The notes under the pieces are model-generated. The model worked only from the letters and a program-made list of their open reading frames with translations, was not told the DNA's origin and made no database searches. The translations under genes and the position numbers were made by a program. Below are positions 59,514 to 64,000 of a stretch of DNA of 64,000 bases, piece after piece. This DNA comes from Strigamia acuminata (Eukaryota), in the NCBI GenBank assembly GCA_949358305.1, contig OX442314.1:8060001-8124000 (forward strand), read 5' to 3'. Each line of letters begins with the position of its first letter. Within the stretch, counting starts at the first letter, position 1.

Positions 59514-59585
59514 AGCAGAGTGGCGCAGTGGAAGCGTGCTGGGCCCATAACCCAGAGGCCGATGGATCGAAACCATCCTCTGCTA
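59514..59585 (+). tRNA. Initiator tRNA-Met(CAT)
   Basis: AGCAGAGTGGCGCAGTGGAAGCGTGCTGGGCCCATAACCCAGAGGCCGATGGATCGAAACCATCCTCTGCTA. Confidence 0.96.
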
Positions 59586-61069
59586 ATTTCATTTTTATTT
59601 TTTATTTTTAATTTGAAATGAATATTTCCTCCTCGATGTTGTTTTCGCAATTGATTTGATTTTATATTTAAAAAAATAGGCTAAAAATGATACTGTATTA
59701 ATTTTCTGTTCTTGCCATGCTTCGTCAATAGATGGCGCGATGGTTTTAATTCAACGTAAATGCTGAGCATCAAAATGGTGTACCAATTTCTGCCAATAGA
59801 TAACGCCACAATTCCCGCATCAATACAAAATAAAAATTCGCAAATTAATTCACAGTAAATTTTAAAATTAAATAAATAAACAGAAATAAATTTTAAGAGA
59901 GGTCCAAAATGGCTTTATTCTTTCTTCTTCGGAGATTTTGATTCTTTTTTTGTAAATCATCATTAGGCGAGGGATCTATCTGTTGTCAAATATCCAAAAA
60001 AAACCAATTCTATCCTCAATTTAATTTCTATCCACCATTTTCCACATTCTAAAAATCATATCATAAAGTGGCTCCATCTGCATCCACTATGCTCAACTCT
60101 TTTCTCTTTCCAGCACACTTATAAATTCACAACTCGACTGGAAAAACCAAACAATTTCAAAATCCACAATTTCAACATCAAATCTAACCGATGCTTATCT
60201 AACAGATGCGCCTTTTCCCATTTATCCAAGCGTGCAATTCTTCCTGACCCATCCAACACCGCAACATCTGTTTTGCACGTGACAAATACAAACCAGCAAG
60301 AAATTAAAGTCGAATGCATGAAAACGGTTGAAAAACACGTTTGTGCAAACTCATCTCGAAAGGTCGTGCGAAACCGCGCAATGGCGGACAATTCGTCGAT
60401 GGTTTGTTTTCATTAAACTCGTGAGTAATTTACGAGTTTAATGAGATATTGCTGACGCGCGGTGTTGGCCGTTGAGGAAATGATGCGTGTCGGTTTTTTT
60501 GTTGCGTTTACGAGAGTGCAATAACACCGGTGGAACTTTATTTCGAGCATCTTCTTCTGCGATGGAAACCCACTGGCCTACATGTTGTTGTTGATTTGCT
60601 CGCTGGGGGGCGGCGAGCAGATTGCTATGAGGTCAGTAGGCAGAGGAGATGACAGATTCAGATCTCGTTTCGCTATTGGCTGCGCGCTGTGCCATCTGCT
60701 CTGAAAAGTGTTTCGTTTTGGGTGTGGTTTTTGCATTCTCTGCTCGTGGATTGTGAATTGGAAGGTCATCGATGGCGCCAGCTCGTCACTGAATTCTTTT
60801 TTTTAATTTTTTTGTTTATTTTATTAGTGTTTTCTTTTTAGAAAAATTTTGTTTATGGTAGGCCTCGCGAAATCACGTTCGATTTTGGTGTGGAGTCGCG
60901 TCGAATTTCGTCCGATCGGGTTTCAGATAACGTGGAATTTCCGGTGGATCTGCTTGGATCGAATGTGAAATCTTGTGAAATCACGCAATAGAACGCTTAG
61001 AATCGGACCTTAAATCACGTGAAATCTCGCATCACGTCTTGTGTGACGAGGATAGAAATTTTGTGAAAT

Positions 61070-61480
61070 TGTGCTTTAAATCTCGTACGATCTCGCGAAA
61101 CATTGCCGTCCATCTCGTACGATCACGCTTTAAATCTCGTATACAATCAAGCTTTAAATCTCGTGAACCTCACATTTAAAATCTCGTGAACCTCACACTA
61201 AAAATCTCGTGAACCTCGCATTAAAAATCTCGGAAAAAATCTAGTAAAATTTTGCATTTCATCTTTTGAAATCTCACATTAAAAATCTCTTAAAATCTCA
61301 CATTAAAAATCTCTTAAAATCTCACATTAAAAATCTCTTGAAATCTCACATTAAAAATCTCTTGAAATTTCATTAAAATTCCATGAAATCTCATTAAAAA
61401 TCTCGTAAAATCTCATGAAAAATCTCGTAAAATCTCATTAAAAATCTCTTAAAATCTCATTAAAAATCTCGTAATCTCGT
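61070..61480. repeat. Degenerate 20-24-bp AAATCTC minisatellite
   Basis: AAAATCTCACATTAAAAATCTCTT-type units. Confidence 0.8.
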
Positions 61481-62189
61481 ATAAAAAGTTTTCGAAACAA
61501 CCACGACAAAAAAATCCTTCCCGCTATTTTCCATTTTCCTGTTTCAATCGTCTCTCGCTCCTCCGCAATTCAACTCATTCCCCAAACACTCAAATTTCGC
61601 AAAAACCAACAACTCGACTCAACGCCCAACCGCATCTAAGCAATAGTTATGTTTAAACACCACGGAAGTGTAACATTCCTCACCAAAACACCAAAAAATC
61701 GTGACACAAAACCAGCACAATCGACTCCCACGAGGAAGTCATCATTCCCGATCTGCAGCGCAGTGCAGCCCACCAACACCGCGTGGGCGTCATTAAAAAC
61801 AACAACAACTCGCGCGATCTAAAAACTCAAAATCATTCCACCCGCGCGTCCTACGTCCATCTCAAATGCTCCTCAGTTGGAGGAACCCAGAAAACTCCCC
61901 CCGAGGCTACACTTCGCTCCCAAGCGTAAAACTGGCCGCAAAACGCCTTCCCTCATCATTCCATCGTCCGATTTCGACGAAAATTGCAGCACAGATCTCA
62001 AAAAATGTCGACAACTGACATTGTCCGTCCTTGGACGGACTTTTTCCACCTCCCAACGTGGACCAAAGAAGTAAGCAAATTTAATTTTTTTTAATTAAAT
62101 TTTTTTAATTAAAAAAAATTTTTTTTTTAACTTTAAAAAAAAAAAAATTTTTTGGGGGGGAAATAAAATGTGAAAAATTTCGAAAAGCG

Positions 62190-62274
62190 ATGAAATGCTT
62201 GTTTATATCGGTGGCCTTGAGTGTGGCGATATCTTACTGTTACGGCCAATCGATTTCGTCTGGCGATGCTCGTG
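62190..62274 (+). CDS. Possible first exon of a secreted protein
   Basis: MKCLFISVALSVAISYCYG is signal-peptide-like and is followed by a GTGAGT donor; downstream exons were not identified. Confidence 0.35.
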
Positions 62275-64000
62275 GTGAGTCAGAATCCTTCCATTTAGGA
62301 GAAGCGGGGAAGAGCGAAAAGGAGAAAAGAGAAAACGCGCCACGGCATGGCCGCCATTCAGCTATGATTTCCAGCAAATTCCGCTCAAATTCCGCCTCCA
62401 TTTCGCCCCGAAAACCTACAACCAGGTGAGTAATTTCCTACCACACATTCGCAATCACAAATCTCCACCGAAAGAGACGAAAATCCATCCGGAACGACCG
62501 CGATGATGGAGTCGCGAATATCAATTTGTTCCATTCGTCCTTAAAAACGTTTTAATCGCCGCTAATCATTTTGATTTATAATCCAGACCATAAAATATAA
62601 ATCTAGACGTCCTTTCAGAAGGAATTCGACGACATTTCAAGGTTTATATCGCCAATTTGGGAGGAGTTTTGAATAAAAACGATTTTAATTCGACTCAATT
62701 CAATGCTGGAACACTTAAATTGTCAAAACAAAACCGAAAAATCAATTTTTATCGATTTTTTTCTTGCATTTCTCGACTAAAATGAGTGAAATGAGTCCAA
62801 TTCCCGTCGTTTCTAGGGGTTAATGAAAGGGGGTAACTCGTTGGCCCAGTTTTAAACCCCTTTAGGCCTCGCGATGTTACATCTCTCAATGTTACATTTT
62901 AAAACTGTTGGCTTTTGACCCTTTTTTGTGTTTACCCTACAAGAAATGTAGGAGAGGATCTACATAATTTGAATTTAGTGTGCAAAAAATGGTCTCTAGG
63001 TCGATGTGACAGTTTCTTATCTGCTTTTTTGTGTCCCAGCATTCTTTTGGAATTAATAGGCGAGTTTTTTGGGAATTTTTAACACCTAACTGGGTGTAAT
63101 GTTGGCTATAATTAATGTTGGTGACCCCCTGGCATAGATGTCAATGTTGTGGGATGGAAGGAGATTGAATGAGTTGGAGAAAGAAGTGTTTTAGGTGTAT
63201 TTGATGGTTTGCTGACCTGGATTTTTGTTTTGATTTAATGTCGATTTTCCACGGTGTCGAATTGAAGGTCGAATCCTCAAAATGGGCTTTAGAAGTGTGG
63301 AAGTCGTGTGGTTTTGGCTGTTTTTGGAGGTCAGCACGTCAAGTTGTGTTGTTTTGATGAATGGTGCGGATTTGAATTGGTTTAAAAACCGAAACGGGAA
63401 AAAAACAGATTAAGCCTAACCGAAGTTCTACCGAAGATTTTTGTTTATTTAATGTTGATTTTCAGCGTTTTTATTTAGGTTTTGGTGCTTTTATGTAACC
63501 AAGAATGGGTTAAATACGCTTATTTAACGAGATTCGATGGTTTAAACGTGGAAAACGTAAAATACAACGCGACAAACGGATTAGGCCTAAGCCAGACTAG
63601 GCCTAATCGATGTCAACAAGTGCGGGATGTGCAATTACACGTTTTTATCTTTTATTTGTCTGAAATAAACGATGAAAAAGATAGTCCAAGGTAAACATAG
63701 GTGTTTCCAACTCCAACTTGACTGTTTAATGTTTATATACATTCCTTTTAAATTTTTTTTATTGGTATATAAATAAAAATGCTAATTACCCAGATTTTTT
63801 ATAATTTGTCACGTAAATTCGTGATACAATTTATTTTAAATAGGATACTGGTGTTTTTTTTATTTTAAATTTATTTTAAGATTATTTTTTCGCCTTTTAA
63901 TTAATTCCTGCAAGGCTGCAACCCGGTATTGTAAATGAGGCGGAAATCAATTGAGATAGCATCACGTACGTCATTCATTCTCAAGAAAACCGCGAGAGCG

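Noticed and set aside
56556..59650. Repeated peptide KLVYRLIECSSPRKSLVKGERFAPKL in three ORFs
   Set aside because: Antisense translation of the U5 snRNA genes.
59950..62075. Coding-looking patches at about 60.1-60.8 kb (-) and 61.6-62.1 kb (+)
   Set aside because: Frames are short or broken and no family is recognised; possibly pseudogene debris.

Overview
Eukaryotic, probably arthropod, genomic DNA (spliceosomal introns, U5 snRNAs, MBD-bearing Copia elements; myriapod or chelicerate is my inference). Bases 1-46.7 kb are a multi-level transposon nest. It holds two intact, divergent Ty1/copia elements with a methyl-CpG-binding domain (MBD) between integrase and RT, and a 9.6-kb pol-less LTR element with 1.9-kb LTRs, three tandem tRNA-Gln PBS copies and a promoter-equipped orphan ORF. 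It also holds a disabled Gypsy, two partial Gypsy-like elements with non-env accessory ORFs, two CACTA-like shells, a dead Tc1, MITEs and a DINE-1-like element. A two-exon defensin-like (CS-alpha-beta) peptide gene, absent from the ORF track, lies inside the nest at 20.2 kb. Bases 46.8-59.6 kb contain host genes: an ankyrin/SOCS-box gene head-to-head with ERO1, three U5 snRNA variants, tRNA-Arg(CCT) and two tRNA-iMet genes, which match the PBS of both Copia elements. All calls come from reading the sequence by eye; no searches were run.
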